From Lysobacterales bacterium (GTDB taxonomy: Bacteria; Pseudomonadota; Gammaproteobacteria; Xanthomonadales; SZUA-5), in assembly GCA_022844165.1 (NCBI GenBank), contig JALHMH010000003.1, positions 132,269 through 196,268 of the forward strand: a stretch of DNA of 64,000 nucleotides. The letters run 5' to 3'. The notes below the pieces were generated by a model. That model was not told where the DNA came from. It saw only the letters and a list, made by a program, of their open reading frames with translations, and searched no databases. Positions within the stretch are counted from its first letter, which is position 1. Each line of letters begins with the position of its first letter. This document shows positions 1 to 12,062 of the stretch, piece after piece. The position numbers and the translations under genes are program-made.

Positions 1-323
1 ACGGCAAGGACAGATATTGCCAGCACCTGTGTGGATGGGCCGGCGAGCAACTCGCGGCCTATTTGCGAATCGTGCCGCCGGGTGTGTCTTACCCAGAAGC
101 GTCGTTGGGTCGAGTGTTAACCACAGCCGGCTTTCGCCGCGGCGGCTATGGCCGGCTGTTGCTGGCCGAGGGCATCGCCCGCTGCGCACAACGCCATCAC
201 GGTCCGATCCGCATCGGCGCACAGCGGTATCTCGAAGCGTTTTACAGTCGTTTCGGCTTCCGCACGGTATCCGAGCCCTACGACGAAGATGGCATTGAAC
301 ACGTGCTGATGTTGCGCAGCTGA
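1..323 (+). CDS. elaA: GNAT acetyltransferase, ElaA-like, 5' end cut by window edge
   Basis: Frame 3 is open from nt 3 to the stop at 321-323. The tail AQRYLEAFYSRFGFRTVSEPYDEDGIEHVLMLR matches the E. coli ElaA C-terminus pattern (AQ.HLQ.FY.SFGF..V.E.YEEDGI.H..M.R) as I remember it. Confidence 0.8.
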   Translation, partial: GKDRYCQHLCGWAGEQLAAYLRIVPPGVSYPEASLGRVLTTAGFRRGGYGRLLLAEGIARCAQRHHGPIRIGAQRYLEAFYSRFGFRTVSEPYDEDGIEHVLMLRS

Positions 324-438
324 GCTGGAAACAGGCCGCTAGACAAACGCCTGGATCGCACCGCCCGATCGTTCTGGGAGCGCCCATAGTGCGGCTCCGC
401 GGCATATTCTAACCCGGACATTTCATGAGGGAACGCGA

Positions 439-870
439 ATGGTTGCGATGAGCGGAATTTTTCGATCGGCGTCGATCGAGCAACTCAACGCGGCCGGCCG
501 CAACACGCTCGCCGAAGCTCTGGGCATCGAGATCACCGAAATCGGCGCGGATTTCGTCCGTGGCAGGATGCCCGTCGATCGGCGTACCTTGCAGCCCTAC
601 GGCCTGCTGCATGGCGGCGCTTCGGTCGCGCTGGCGGAGACGCTGGGCAGCCTCGGTGGTGCGCTTGCGGCGCCCGATGGCACCCAGGTGGTTGGGCTGG
701 AGATCAACGCCAATCACCTGCGCGGCAAGCGCGAGGGGTGGGTCACAGGCACCGCCCGTCCAATGCACCTTGGCCGCACAACGCAGGTCTGGGAGATCCG
801 CATCGAAGACGACACGCAGGCGTTGGTCTGCACTTCGCGACTCACACTGGCAGTGGTGCGACGCGGATGA
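439..870 (+). CDS. PaaI/YbdB-type hotdog-fold thioesterase
   Basis: 143 aa. The motif LQPYGLLHGGASVALAETLGS plus the late GRTTQVWEIRI strand are typical of PaaI/EntH-family thioesterases. GAGGGA lies 6 nt upstream of the ATG. Confidence 0.8.
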   Translation: MVAMSGIFRSASIEQLNAAGRNTLAEALGIEITEIGADFVRGRMPVDRRTLQPYGLLHGGASVALAETLGSLGGALAAPDGTQVVGLEINANHLRGKREGWVTGTARPMHLGRTTQVWEIRIEDDTQALVCTSRLTLAVVRRG

Positions 871-1352
871 GCACGCCGATCGAGATTATCTGCTGGCAGC
901 CATCGCTGGCGCACGCCTTTCACGATATCAACGAGGCCTGGATATCCGAGATGTTCAGTCTCGAGGATCATGACCGCGAGGTACTCGAAGATCCACAGTG
1001 TTTCATCATCGATCGCGGCGGCGAAGTGCTATTCGCCAGACGTGGTGCGGGTGTTGTCGGCACGTGCGCGCTGATGCCCACGGACGATGGTGCAATCGAG
1101 TTGACCAAGATGGGTGTTGTCCCAGGCGCGCGTGGCCAGGGCGTGGGCGAATCCTTGCTGGTCGCGGCACTCGAGCGCGCACGGTCGTTGCCGCAGCGGC
1201 CGCTGTTTCTGCTCACCAACCGGCGTTGCGCAAGTGCAATTCGCTTATACGAGAAACTGGGTTTCGCCCATGACCGCGACATCATGTCACGTTACGGGGC
1301 CAGTTATGCCCGGTGCGACGTTGCGATGCGCTATCTGGAAAGCAACGCGTGA
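867..1352 (+). CDS. GNAT family N-acetyltransferase
   Basis: The internal ATG at 867 overlaps the previous stop (ATGA). The acetyl-CoA-binding motif is GVVPGARGQGVGESLL. 161 aa; the upstream part of the 204-aa ORF overlaps the thioesterase gene. Confidence 0.8.
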   Translation: MSTPIEIICWQPSLAHAFHDINEAWISEMFSLEDHDREVLEDPQCFIIDRGGEVLFARRGAGVVGTCALMPTDDGAIELTKMGVVPGARGQGVGESLLVAALERARSLPQRPLFLLTNRRCASAIRLYEKLGFAHDRDIMSRYGASYARCDVAMRYLESNA

Positions 1353-2629
1353 GTCGTTGGCCGGGCTGGCTTTTTATGCTCTCGACGGCCGTCTTGAGTG
1401 GCGCGGTTTTGGCGCAGGCATTGAACGGATGGCTGTTGGTCCTGGCAGCCGCGATGACGGCGTCAATCTTCGGCTGGCTTGCATGGCGTCGCGAGAGGGC
1501 GCCTGGAAGTGAGCACTTGCGCGCATTGGCGACCTTGGTCGCCGCTTGGAAAGACGCCGACTTTTCGACTTCGATCAGAGTACCGGAGAATGCTGACCTT
1601 GCGGAATTGACGCGCACACTGAACGCACTGGGCAACGAACTTCGCGATGAGCGCCAGCGGCTGATTCAACGCGAGTTGCTGCTCGATACGGTCGTGCAGA
1701 ACACGCCGACCGCCCTGTATCTGACCGATTCGCGTGAGCGTGTGGTCTATGCCAACGTCGCCGCACGCGAGCTGTTCGGTGCCAACAGCAGACTTGAGGG
1801 GTTAGCCGTATCGGAACTGATCGGCCGGCTGCCCGGCGAGCTGGCCGATTTGATGCATCGCGGGCAAGATGGCCTGATCACCTTGCCGACGGACGGCGAA
1901 GAAGAGGTCTTTCACGTCACCCGACGTGGCTTTGAATTGCACGGGCGGCCGCATACGCTGGTGCTGGTGCGGCGTCTGACGCGCGAATTGGCGCGACAAG
2001 AAGTGGCGACATGGAAAAAAGTGATCCGCGTCATCAGTCACGAAATCAACAATGCCCTGGGGCCGATCGCATCGATGGCGCATTCCGGCAGTGTGTATGT
2101 CGAGCGCGGCGATAAAACGCGCTTAAAACAGGTGTTTGCGGCGATCGCCGAGCGCGCGCGGCATCTGGAGGCATTTATCGGCGGGTATGCGCGATTTGCG
2201 CGATTGCCAGCACCGATCCACGCGACAGCGTATTGGGACAATGTGCTGCGTACGGTGGCGGAATCCGAACAAGTCGCCATCGTTGCGCCTTTGCCCGATG
2301 CGCCTGTACGGCTGGACCAGGCGCAGATCGAACAGGTGCTGATCAATCTGGTCAAGAACGCCATCGAAGCCGGCTCGGCGCGCGAAGCGATCGAAATCGA
2401 AGTTGTCGATCTTGGCCCGCAGTTCAGGCTGCAATTGCGCGATCGAGGTTCCGGGATGAGCGAGGCGGTGCTATCGCAAGCGCTTTTGCCGTTTTATTCG
2501 ACGAAGCGCACCGGTACCGGCTTGGGATTGGCGTTGGCGCGCGAGGTCATCGAAGCACACGGCGGTCGCATTCGCCTGTCGAATCGCGAAGGTGGCGGCT
2601 TGATTGTCAGCATTTGGCTACCCAAGTAG
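1349..2629 (+). CDS. Membrane sensor histidine kinase (2 TM, HAMP, PAS, HisKA, HATPase_c)
   Basis: H-box VISHEINNALGPI, N-box LINLVKNAIEA, G-boxes DRGSGM and GTGLGLALAREVIEAHGG. The GTG at 1349 overlaps the upstream stop (GTGA). Alternative starts are GTG 1313 and ATG 1376. Confidence 0.85.
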   Translation: MSRWPGWLFMLSTAVLSGAVLAQALNGWLLVLAAAMTASIFGWLAWRRERAPGSEHLRALATLVAAWKDADFSTSIRVPENADLAELTRTLNALGNELRDERQRLIQRELLLDTVVQNTPTALYLTDSRERVVYANVAARELFGANSRLEGLAVSELIGRLPGELADLMHRGQDGLITLPTDGEEEVFHVTRRGFELHGRPHTLVLVRRLTRELARQEVATWKKVIRVISHEINNALGPIASMAHSGSVYVERGDKTRLKQVFAAIAERARHLEAFIGGYARFARLPAPIHATAYWDNVLRTVAESEQVAIVAPLPDAPVRLDQAQIEQVLINLVKNAIEAGSAREAIEIEVVDLGPQFRLQLRDRGSGMSEAVLSQALLPFYSTKRTGTGLGLALAREVIEAHGGRIRLSNREGGGLIVSIWLPK

Positions 2630-2711
2630 CGCACATTGTCCAGATGCCCGATTTCGACAGTGCGCACCGATGGTGTATTAAGAGCTGCGGAACGATCGAT
2701 CGAGTATTGCC

Positions 2712-4664
<1,953 letters not shown>

Positions 4665-4683
4665 GGAGCCCGGTCGTCGGCCG

Positions 4684-5556
4684 CTATCGCGCTTCCAATC
4701 GTTGCACAGCGGCACGCAGCGCACGAATCTCGTTGAGCAGTTCGACGCGTTCGGCGTGGGCGACGGCCTCATCTTTGTCTGCCTCAGCCTTCAGATCCTC
4801 GGCCACGTGCTCCTGCATGGCGTTGACCACGACCGCAATGAACAAGTTCAAAACAGTAAAGGTGCTGACGATCAAATAGCCGAGAAAAAACACCCAGGCC
4901 CAGGGTTTGACCACCATCAACTCGCGCGCGATGTCCGCCCAGCCTTCCATGGTCATGATTTGGAACAGGGTGAAGGCGCTGCCCCCGAGAGATCCGAAAA
5001 ATTCTGGCGACACGTCACGAAAGAGCTTTGTGGCCATGACCGAGGCCACATACAGCACCAGCACCAGCAATGCCATGATCGATGCAAGTCCTGGCAGTGC
5101 GCCCAACAGTGCAGCAACGACGCGCCGCATGCTGGGTACGATCGACACCAGACGCAGCACCCGCAGTATGCGCATCGCCCGGAGCACAGAGAACGCGCCG
5201 CTGGCCGGCATCAATGCAACCGATACAATTGCAAGATCGAACACATTCCACGGATCGCGAAAGAACTTCAGGCGATACACCACAAGCTTCAGCGCGATCT
5301 CGACAGTGAAGATGGCGAGCGCCGCGGTGTCGAGTACATGCAGCCAATGGCCGAAGCCGGCCATCATGCCGGGCGATGTTTCCATGCCCAGGGTGATGGC
5401 ATTGATCACGATGACAGCGATGATGAATTGGGAAAAGCGGCGGTGTTCGATGAATTGCTGCAGAGCGTGCATGGGCGTAAGACCAGGTTTTCTTGGTGCC
5501 GATATTAGCGAAGCCAGTTGCGATTCGAGCGATAGCGCCGGATCGGTCGCGCTCAA
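4684..5556 (-). CDS. Voltage-gated ion channel, bacterial NaV (NaChBac/BacNaV) family
   Basis: S4 has Arg at every third position (RAMRILRVLRLV). The pore is FTLFQIMTMEGWAD and there is a C-terminal coiled-coil tail. The ORF-track start at 5556 is a TTG that overlaps the comF stop. ATG 5472 (MHALQQFIEHRRF) is a plausible alternative. Confidence 0.8.
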   Translation of the reverse strand: MSATDPALSLESQLASLISAPRKPGLTPMHALQQFIEHRRFSQFIIAVIVINAITLGMETSPGMMAGFGHWLHVLDTAALAIFTVEIALKLVVYRLKFFRDPWNVFDLAIVSVALMPASGAFSVLRAMRILRVLRLVSIVPSMRRVVAALLGALPGLASIMALLVLVLYVASVMATKLFRDVSPEFFGSLGGSAFTLFQIMTMEGWADIARELMVVKPWAWVFFLGYLIVSTFTVLNLFIAVVVNAMQEHVAEDLKAEADKDEAVAHAERVELLNEIRALRAAVQRLEAR

Positions 5557-6188
5557 GGTCGTCGCGCGACCACCCAGACCTCAACCCAACTCGCCCCGGC
5601 CGCTTTGCAGATTTTGGCGGCCTCATTGAGTGTCGCACCGGTGGTCATGACATCGTCAACCAGTGCGATGCGCGGCGGCAGGTGCTGCACGACAGCGAAA
5701 GCGCCACGAACGTTGCGTCGACGTTCGTCCTTGTCCAAGCCGGACTGCGCTGCAGTGGCGCGCTGCCGCGCCAGCGCGTGTAACACCGGGCGTCCGCCAC
5801 AAACCGCCTGCGCCAACAAGAGCGACTGGTTAAAGCCACGTTGGCGCAGGCGCGAACGATGCAAGGGAATCGGAATCAGCGCATCCACTTTCCGCTCTGC
5901 TGTCATCATCTTGAGTTGCCCGGCCGCAACCACACCCAACGCGAGACGCTGGTTGAACTTAAAATCCTGCAACAGCAGATCAGCGGGCGGCTCGTAACGC
6001 AGTGCCGCCAACGCCGCATCAAACGTGGGTGGTTTGCGCTGACACTCGCCGCAGAGATCGACGGGCGCCCGCATTGGGATCGCGCAACGGGCGCACGCCG
6101 GACCCAGGCCGGGCAGGAGCGACATACAGCGTTCGCACAACCGCGCATCGCTTGCCTCACCACAAAGGCCACATTGTTGCGTCAGCAT
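5553..6188 (-). CDS. comF: ComF family protein (phosphoribosyltransferase domain)
   Basis: N-terminal double Cys-x2-Cys zinc-finger-like motifs (CGLCGE..CERC, CARC..CGEC). RGFNQS motif and PRTase loop IALVDDVMTTGATL. Confidence 0.8.
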   Translation of the reverse strand: MLTQQCGLCGEASDARLCERCMSLLPGLGPACARCAIPMRAPVDLCGECQRKPPTFDAALAALRYEPPADLLLQDFKFNQRLALGVVAAGQLKMMTAERKVDALIPIPLHRSRLRQRGFNQSLLLAQAVCGGRPVLHALARQRATAAQSGLDKDERRRNVRGAFAVVQHLPPRIALVDDVMTTGATLNEAAKICKAAGASWVEVWVVARRP

Positions 6189-6492
6189 CGTTCAGCCCCG
6201 GGCAGTATCATTCAGAAGCTCAAGGTCGGCCCTGTGCCCATTAGACGACAAAGAACGCCCTGACCGGCATCGCGGCTCAAGGTTAGCTCAGTATGTTGGA
6301 ACAGGCCGACTCGACGTCAGCTCACTCAATTTGCCTTTTGCTGCGTTGTTTCGTGTCACCTGGTGCGCCTCATCGGCGTTAGGGGTGACATGGAATACTT
6401 GCTGTGGGCCGATCGTGTGCCATAGGTCGACCGCCGCGAATCGGAATGACTAACGAATGCCGGGGCTTAGGCTGCGTCGGGGGAAAGATGCG

Positions 6493-9282
6493 ATGAAGTT
6501 TTGGATTGGCGTGTTGTGGCTCGCGGTCGGGACGACAGTCGCTGCGGCGCCGGGTCGATGGAGCAGCCAGGGGCCGTATGGTGGCCGCGTCGATAGTGCG
6601 ATCGCCAACCCGCTGCAACCGGGCACGTTGTACGCGACTTCGCATCGCAGCGTTTATCGCTCGAGCAACGGCGGCTCGACCTGGGTGTTTGCAGGTACAG
6701 GCTTGAATACCGTGAGCGACGGCGAAGCGATCGTTGTTGCGCACCCGACGATTCCCGGCCGATTGATGCTCGCCGGCGCCCGCGGCGTATTTCGCTCCGA
6801 TGACAGTGGCCGCAACTGGCGCCGCAGTGATACCGGGCTTCCTGTCGGTAACGCATCGTTTCGCAGCGTCGATATCGCCTATGTGCCCCAAGACGGCGAG
6901 AAGCTGTATCTGGCAACTCGCAGCGACGGTCTGTATCGCAGCAGCGACAGCGGCCAGAGCTGGAGCGTTTCGACGGCCCCTATCCCGGCCAACCTGGATC
7001 GGGTTGCGGCCGATCCCAACAATCTCGGAACGGTTTTGGTCTGGGCCGCCAACCGCGACACCAGTTCTTTTCCGGCCAGTCTTTATCGCTCCATCGATTT
7101 TGGCGTCTCGTTTTCCGCTCTAACCGGCCCGTGGAATAGCGGCGGTCCGATCGAAAGCAAGCTGGAGTTGCTGGCCTTCAACGGCAACACCGCCAACAGC
7201 ATTTTTCTGGCGGGCGAGTTCGGCAACTTTCGCTCGCTCAATGGCGTGTCTTTCTCGAGCCTGCCGGTCAGCTCCGCGACGCAACGGCTGCAGAGTATCG
7301 CTTTTGGCAGCGTTGCGGGCCAGGCGATCTTCGGCACCAGCGAAGGCGTGCTGTCGACAACCAACAATGGCAGCAGCTTTACACCGCGCAATACCGGATT
7401 GAGCATCAACGGCACGGATCCGGTGTCGGTCGGCCCCATGGTGATCGATCCGACAAATCCAGCTCGTTGGCTCGCGTTTTCCGTTTCCGGCGATATTTTT
7501 GTGACCACCAACAGCGGCACCAGTTGGTCGCCCACCAATTTCGGCCTTCGTGGCACCGATATCGAATCGCTGGCGGTTCAACCGGGGCGACCGCAGCGCG
7601 TGCTGGCGGGTGTGCGTAATGAGCGCAGCGAAGCGACCTCGCCAGCGCTTTTTCAATCGGACGATTTTGGCGCAACCTGGGCGCGAACCAACACCAACCT
7701 GGTGCTCGATACCATCAATGGCCTCACCTACGATCCGGTGAATCTGACGATGCCTGCCAACATGCGCGTTTACGCGGTGGGCGCCGATTTTGCGCCGTTA
7801 GGTCAGGCGTCAAATACCTACCGGGGCGGCGTTTTTGTCAGTACCAACTCGGGCCTGAACTGGGCTCCGGCCGACACGCTGGTGCCGACACTTTCAGGAG
7901 GCCCCAGTCAATTGGGCGAAGTGCATCAGTTGATCGTCGATCCGACGGAGATCTCGGCTCAAGTCGCACAAAATCTGTACTTTGTGAACGATGGACGCAT
8001 CACTTGTGGTCCAACGCCGAGTCTCGCCGTGGCGCGCGTCTGGCGCAGCGTCAATGGCGCAACGTCCTGGACGCCGATCGACAATCTGCCACTGGGCGTT
8101 TGCACGCCGCGCCAGCAATTTCCCAGGCCGTTTCACATCGTCTTCGGCCCGGTTTCGACCGCGAATGTTTTTGTCGGCACTCGCGTCGTCGGCTATGACC
8201 CCGGTAATCACCCGCTGCCCACCGTGCCAAACGGCGTGTTTCGTACGAGCAACAATGGATCGACATGGACCGCCGCCAACAACGGCTTGCCGCGTATCGG
8301 TGGCGGCACTGGTAGCGTTTGGAACGTGACCGCGCTGCTGTCCGTGCCGGGTACCAATACGCTGTTTGTTGCGTTGCAAGACCCCAGTAGCGAAGCGATT
8401 CCAGGTCGCGTGTACAAATCGACGGACGGCGGCGACAACTGGATCCGCAGCGATTCGGGCATCGTCGGCAACGTCGTGCGTTCGTTGCGCGCCGATCCGA
8501 TCGCGCCGATGAGAGTCTTTGCGGCCGCCACTGGTGTCGACACCAGCCCGGGCGGGGTATACGTCAGCGAAAATAGTGGCAGCTCATGGCTCTCGGTATC
8601 GATCGGTATGCCTGTCGACTCGGCAGCCGAAGTTGCGATATCGCGTCCGCCGTCTCCGGCGTCCCCGACGATCCATGCCGGCACCGCAGAGGGCGTTTTC
8701 AGCCTGACACGACTTCCAGACGACGACCAGGACGGGCCGAGCGACAGTGACGAAGATTTGGCGCCGAACGCCGGCGATGGCAACAACGACGGAATATTGG
8801 ATCGGCTGCAGCGCGATGTCGCGAGCATCGTTGAACCGACCCTTCTCCGTGGTGGCAAAGCGCGGGAAGGCACGCTGAGCGATATCGAACTGTTGCGAGG
8901 CGGCGGCAATTGCGACCAGTTGGTCGACGCGCACTTCGTCGATGCCGAGGAGTTACCGACCGACTCGCAGTTTGTGTCGTATCCGCTGGCCGTTCGCTTC
9001 GAACAGGTCGATTGCGAGGCGGCTCAAATGCAATTGATCCTGCACAATCAGGATTTGTCGGATGGACAATGGGTGTTGCGCAGGTATGGCCCAGTCAGTG
9101 TCGGCGACCCTCTGACTTTGCAGTGGCAAACCGTGTCTGGCGCGGTATTTGCGAGCAACCGCGTGGTATTCCCCCTGTTCGACAACGGCCCGGGCGATTT
9201 GCGCAGCGAGCCAGGGCGAACCTTGTACATTGTCGCCCCTGCCAGACGGAGTCTTTTTGCCGACGGTTTTGAGAGCCCGTAA
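6493..9282 (+). CDS. Secreted BNR/Asp-box repeat beta-propeller protein with TSP3-like Ca-binding repeat and C-terminal beta-sandwich
   Basis: Signal peptide MKFWIGVLWLAVGTTVAAAP at the internal ATG 6493. At least 10 S-x-D-x-G-x-x-W type boxes (SSNGGSTW, SDDSGRNW, SSDSGQSW, TTNSGTSW, STDGGDNW ...). DDDQDGPSDSDEDLAPNAGDGNNDGILD repeat. The protein ends SLFADGFESP. Confidence 0.8.
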   Translation: MKFWIGVLWLAVGTTVAAAPGRWSSQGPYGGRVDSAIANPLQPGTLYATSHRSVYRSSNGGSTWVFAGTGLNTVSDGEAIVVAHPTIPGRLMLAGARGVFRSDDSGRNWRRSDTGLPVGNASFRSVDIAYVPQDGEKLYLATRSDGLYRSSDSGQSWSVSTAPIPANLDRVAADPNNLGTVLVWAANRDTSSFPASLYRSIDFGVSFSALTGPWNSGGPIESKLELLAFNGNTANSIFLAGEFGNFRSLNGVSFSSLPVSSATQRLQSIAFGSVAGQAIFGTSEGVLSTTNNGSSFTPRNTGLSINGTDPVSVGPMVIDPTNPARWLAFSVSGDIFVTTNSGTSWSPTNFGLRGTDIESLAVQPGRPQRVLAGVRNERSEATSPALFQSDDFGATWARTNTNLVLDTINGLTYDPVNLTMPANMRVYAVGADFAPLGQASNTYRGGVFVSTNSGLNWAPADTLVPTLSGGPSQLGEVHQLIVDPTEISAQVAQNLYFVNDGRITCGPTPSLAVARVWRSVNGATSWTPIDNLPLGVCTPRQQFPRPFHIVFGPVSTANVFVGTRVVGYDPGNHPLPTVPNGVFRTSNNGSTWTAANNGLPRIGGGTGSVWNVTALLSVPGTNTLFVALQDPSSEAIPGRVYKSTDGGDNWIRSDSGIVGNVVRSLRADPIAPMRVFAAATGVDTSPGGVYVSENSGSSWLSVSIGMPVDSAAEVAISRPPSPASPTIHAGTAEGVFSLTRLPDDDQDGPSDSDEDLAPNAGDGNNDGILDRLQRDVASIVEPTLLRGGKAREGTLSDIELLRGGGNCDQLVDAHFVDAEELPTDSQFVSYPLAVRFEQVDCEAAQMQLILHNQDLSDGQWVLRRYGPVSVGDPLTLQWQTVSGAVFASNRVVFPLFDNGPGDLRSEPGRTLYIVAPARRSLFADGFESP

Positions 9283-9350
9283 CCCAGAAGCGACCGCATT
9301 TCGAGCACTGCGGGCTGGTCGAAATCGGCGACGAGGCGTAGCGTTCGCGT

Positions 9351-12062
9351 ATGAGCGAACGCCCAACCTTATCCTCTGTCACCTCAATCCAGCCGATGGA
9401 TCCACCATCGCGGATCGCGCCGGTCAGCGGCTCCAATTCTGGCGGTGGCGGGCCGTCGGCCTGGATCGGCCGTGAGATCGATGGCTACCGAATTGTCCGC
9501 GCTATCGGCGCGGGCGGCATGGGTGTGGTGTTTTTGGCCCAGCAGCAGCATCCAAAGCGTCATGTTGCGATCAAGACCTTGCATGCGGGCTTCCACCAGG
9601 CCGAGCTGCTGGCGCGTTTCCAGCAGGAGGCCGAAATTCTGGCGCGCTTTACGCACGTTGGTATTGCGCAAATCTATGCCAGCGGCTGTACCAATGAAGC
9701 GATGGGGAGCGTGCCCTACATCGTCATGGAATATGTCGAGGGCGTGCCGCTGCTGGAGGCCTGCGCTGCGCTGGATATGCGCGAACGGCTGAATTTGCTG
9801 CGGCGAGTCTGCGAGGCGGTCGAACATGCGCATATTCGCGGCGTTATCCATCGCGATCTGAAACCCGGCAACATCTTGGTGCAATCCGACGGCCAGCCGA
9901 AGGTGCTCGACTTCGGCGTCGCTCGCCTTTCCGGCAATGAAGAGCGTGGCGGTAGCGACCTGACCACCGCCGGCATGGTGATTGGCACGATCGCCTACAT
10001 GAGCCCCGAGCAAGCGATGGGCGAACCGGGCGCTGTGGATATCCGCACCGATGTGTATGCGCTCGGCATGATCGGCTATCGCATGCTGACCGGCGATTTG
10101 CCGTACGAGGTCACGGGACACAATATCGGCCACGCCCTGCAACAAATTTGCGACGTCGCGCCAACGCCGTTGTCCCGTTACGACCGTCGATACGCTGGCG
10201 ACCTGGAGACGATTTTTCAAAAAGCGCTGGCGAAAGAGAAAGACAACCGTTATCGCAACGCCGCTGAGCTCAGCGAAGACTTGCGACGCTACCTCGATGA
10301 TGAGGCGATTTTGGCGCGACGGGCCAGCGTATTCGCCGACGTACGGCGCTTTGCGCGTCGCAATCGAGCCTTGTTTGCGGCCGGGATCTTTGCGTTCGTG
10401 GCGTTGCTGTCGGCGGTCGCCATCAGCACGCGATTTGCGATCCGCGAACAGGCGCAACGCATCGAGGCCGATACCGTCGTGAGCTTCTTGCGCCGAATGC
10501 TGTCCAGTGCCAATCCGGTGTTTGCGCAAGGACGCGACGTCACGATCCGCGAGGCGATGGATGCTGCCGCGCCTGATCTGGAGTCGCAATTGGCGCAGGT
10601 GCCGGCCGCGCGCGGGCGGCTGCGCGCAACGTTGGCGGATACCTATCATGCCCTCGGCGATCTGCCGCGAGCGATCACCTTCTACGATGCAGCAGCAAGC
10701 GACTTCACGGCCGCTGGAATCGATGGCCCTGAGCATCGGCAAACGATCTTGGGCAAGGTCGAAGTCTTGCTCGACCGTGGCCAGGCGCTCAACGCCCAAA
10801 TCTTGCTTGATGCATTAGAACCTTTGCGCACCGTTCCAACCAGTAGCCTGGACGCCAGAACTGCGATTTTCCGGGCAAGAACGCGAGAGGATTTCGGCGA
10901 CATCGATGCCGCATTGGGCGAACTCGCGGCGTTGCGTAACGTTGATCTGTCGAAGCTCTCTTGCGAGGACTGTCGACCCGATTGGCGCGCAGCGCTCGAT
11001 GTCGAAGCGCGCATCATTTCGGCGTCGCTGCTTCGCCAGAATGAGCAGTTCGACGAAGCCTTGGATATCGCGCAGGCCGCATTTAGCCTCGCAAATGAAA
11101 CGCTCGGTCCATCTCATCCGATGGCGCTGAAAGCGGCCATCGAACTGGCGAACTCATTGGACGACAGTGGTCAGCGCGATCAAGCGCTGGCCGTTGCCGA
11201 AACCGCAGTTCAAGAACGTCGACGCCTGCTCGGCGCTACGCACTACCAGACATTGACAGCGCTCAACAACCTGGCGCAAATTCACGAGTCGGTTGGCGAT
11301 GGCGCGACGGCGAAGCGTCTACTGGTCGAAGCGCACGAGTTGGCCGAGGCGCAGCTGCAAGACCACGAACTGTGGGCACAGATCACGCATAACCTGGGCC
11401 GCATCGAATACCTGGCAGGAAACATCGACCGCGCGCAGGCGTTGTTGAACGACGCTTATCGTTGGCGACAAAACAAGCTCGGGTTAAGTCACCCGGACAC
11501 GCTGAACAGCGCCTTGGCTTTGAGCGTGGTGTACTCGACACGCAATGAGTACGACAAAGCACTGCCTCTGCGCGAGTCCGCGATTCGCGGGTACGAAGCG
11601 CGTTTTGGAACGGAACATCGGGACACGTTGGCGGCGCGATCCGAGTACGCAGCGCTGCTGCGCAATATGGGCAACTTCGACGCGGCGGACGCCGAGTTCA
11701 AATCTGTACTGAGCGCGACGGAACGACTTTTCAAGCCCGGCGACAGCGAACGAATGCGCGTCCTCTACCAGTATGCCGGCTCGCTGCAGCGCCAGGAGAA
11801 ATGGCGCGAGGCCGAGAGACTAAGTCGTCAGTTGATGGACGAAGCAGCGCTCACGGCCGATACCGACGCGCAGCACGCGTTGTTGGCGCCTCTACGCCAC
11901 GCTCGCTCGCTCATGGGCCTGCGACGCTACGACGAGGCTGAGTTTTTGCTGGAGAACCTGGAGAAACAGCTTGGCGCCGAGCATCAGGTGCAAATGCGCG
12001 AGATGACCAGCCAGACCCTGGCCGAATTGCGCGCCGCGCGCGCCGCGCGTGCCGCACAGTGA
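9351..12062 (+). CDS. Hanks-type Ser/Thr protein kinase with one TM segment and a long TPR region
   Basis: Kinase motifs: GAGGMGVV glycine loop, VAIK lysine, HRDLKPGNIL, DFGVARL, and the SPE motif within MSPEQA. TM segment ALFAAGIFAFVALLSAVAIS. About 550 aa of TPR_12-like repeats follow (..ALNNLAQIHESVGD.., ..THNLGRIEYLAGN..). Confidence 0.85.
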   Translation: MSERPTLSSVTSIQPMDPPSRIAPVSGSNSGGGGPSAWIGREIDGYRIVRAIGAGGMGVVFLAQQQHPKRHVAIKTLHAGFHQAELLARFQQEAEILARFTHVGIAQIYASGCTNEAMGSVPYIVMEYVEGVPLLEACAALDMRERLNLLRRVCEAVEHAHIRGVIHRDLKPGNILVQSDGQPKVLDFGVARLSGNEERGGSDLTTAGMVIGTIAYMSPEQAMGEPGAVDIRTDVYALGMIGYRMLTGDLPYEVTGHNIGHALQQICDVAPTPLSRYDRRYAGDLETIFQKALAKEKDNRYRNAAELSEDLRRYLDDEAILARRASVFADVRRFARRNRALFAAGIFAFVALLSAVAISTRFAIREQAQRIEADTVVSFLRRMLSSANPVFAQGRDVTIREAMDAAAPDLESQLAQVPAARGRLRATLADTYHALGDLPRAITFYDAAASDFTAAGIDGPEHRQTILGKVEVLLDRGQALNAQILLDALEPLRTVPTSSLDARTAIFRARTREDFGDIDAALGELAALRNVDLSKLSCEDCRPDWRAALDVEARIISASLLRQNEQFDEALDIAQAAFSLANETLGPSHPMALKAAIELANSLDDSGQRDQALAVAETAVQERRRLLGATHYQTLTALNNLAQIHESVGDGATAKRLLVEAHELAEAQLQDHELWAQITHNLGRIEYLAGNIDRAQALLNDAYRWRQNKLGLSHPDTLNSALALSVVYSTRNEYDKALPLRESAIRGYEARFGTEHRDTLAARSEYAALLRNMGNFDAADAEFKSVLSATERLFKPGDSERMRVLYQYAGSLQRQEKWREAERLSRQLMDEAALTADTDAQHALLAPLRHARSLMGLRRYDEAEFLLENLEKQLGAEHQVQMREMTSQTLAELRAARAARAAQ

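Noticed and set aside
6271-6330. A tRNA-like D-arm string GGTTAGCTCAGTATGTTGG in the comF/BNR intergenic region.
   Set aside because: There is no acceptor-stem pairing, no anticodon arm and no GGTTCGAAT-type T-loop downstream. It is at best a short chance match.
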